A stretch of 64,000 bases of DNA from Vicugna vicugna (lineage: Eukaryota): positions 1,302,001 to 1,366,000 of the forward strand of contig MU058718.1 in NCBI GenBank assembly GCA_013265495.1, given 5' to 3'. The translations under genes and the position numbers were made by a program. The notes under the pieces are model-generated. The model was not told where the DNA came from, made no database searches, and saw nothing but the letters and a program-made list of their open reading frames with translations. Below, piece after piece: positions 63,961 to 64,000 of this stretch; the first letter of the stretch is position 1; each line of letters begins with the position of its first letter.

Positions 63961-64000
63961 GTCATGACGCCATACCTCTCAAGGGAGAATATTGCTATTA

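Overview
This is mammalian genomic DNA: AT-rich, CpG-depleted and repeat-rich. It is very probably from a camelid, judging by a tRNA-Ala-derived SINE with the vic-1-like structure and artiodactyl/camelid-type L1 3' ends. I cannot support any host protein-coding exon. The ORF track is mostly chance ORFs plus L1 ORF2 remnants. The window holds a young 5'-inverted L1 with perfect TSDs, several old L1M fragments (mostly on the - strand), L2/MIR relics, an MLT1 LTR, and hAT fossils (Zaphod/MER115, MER33, MER20, MER5A, MER58). It also holds one isolated CpG island (about 24.25-24.98 kb) and several short tandem duplications. The most unusual structure is a complex breakpoint at 16.95-17.09 kb. There, a 75-bp perfect inverted copy of sequence lying 1 kb downstream is flanked by a 30-bp inverted repeat and a 15-bp fold-back hairpin, the expected footprint of multi-step template-switch repair. 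I see no evidence of a novel multi-gene system. Repeat family names come from recalled consensus similarity, not a database search, and boundaries of old repeats are approximate.
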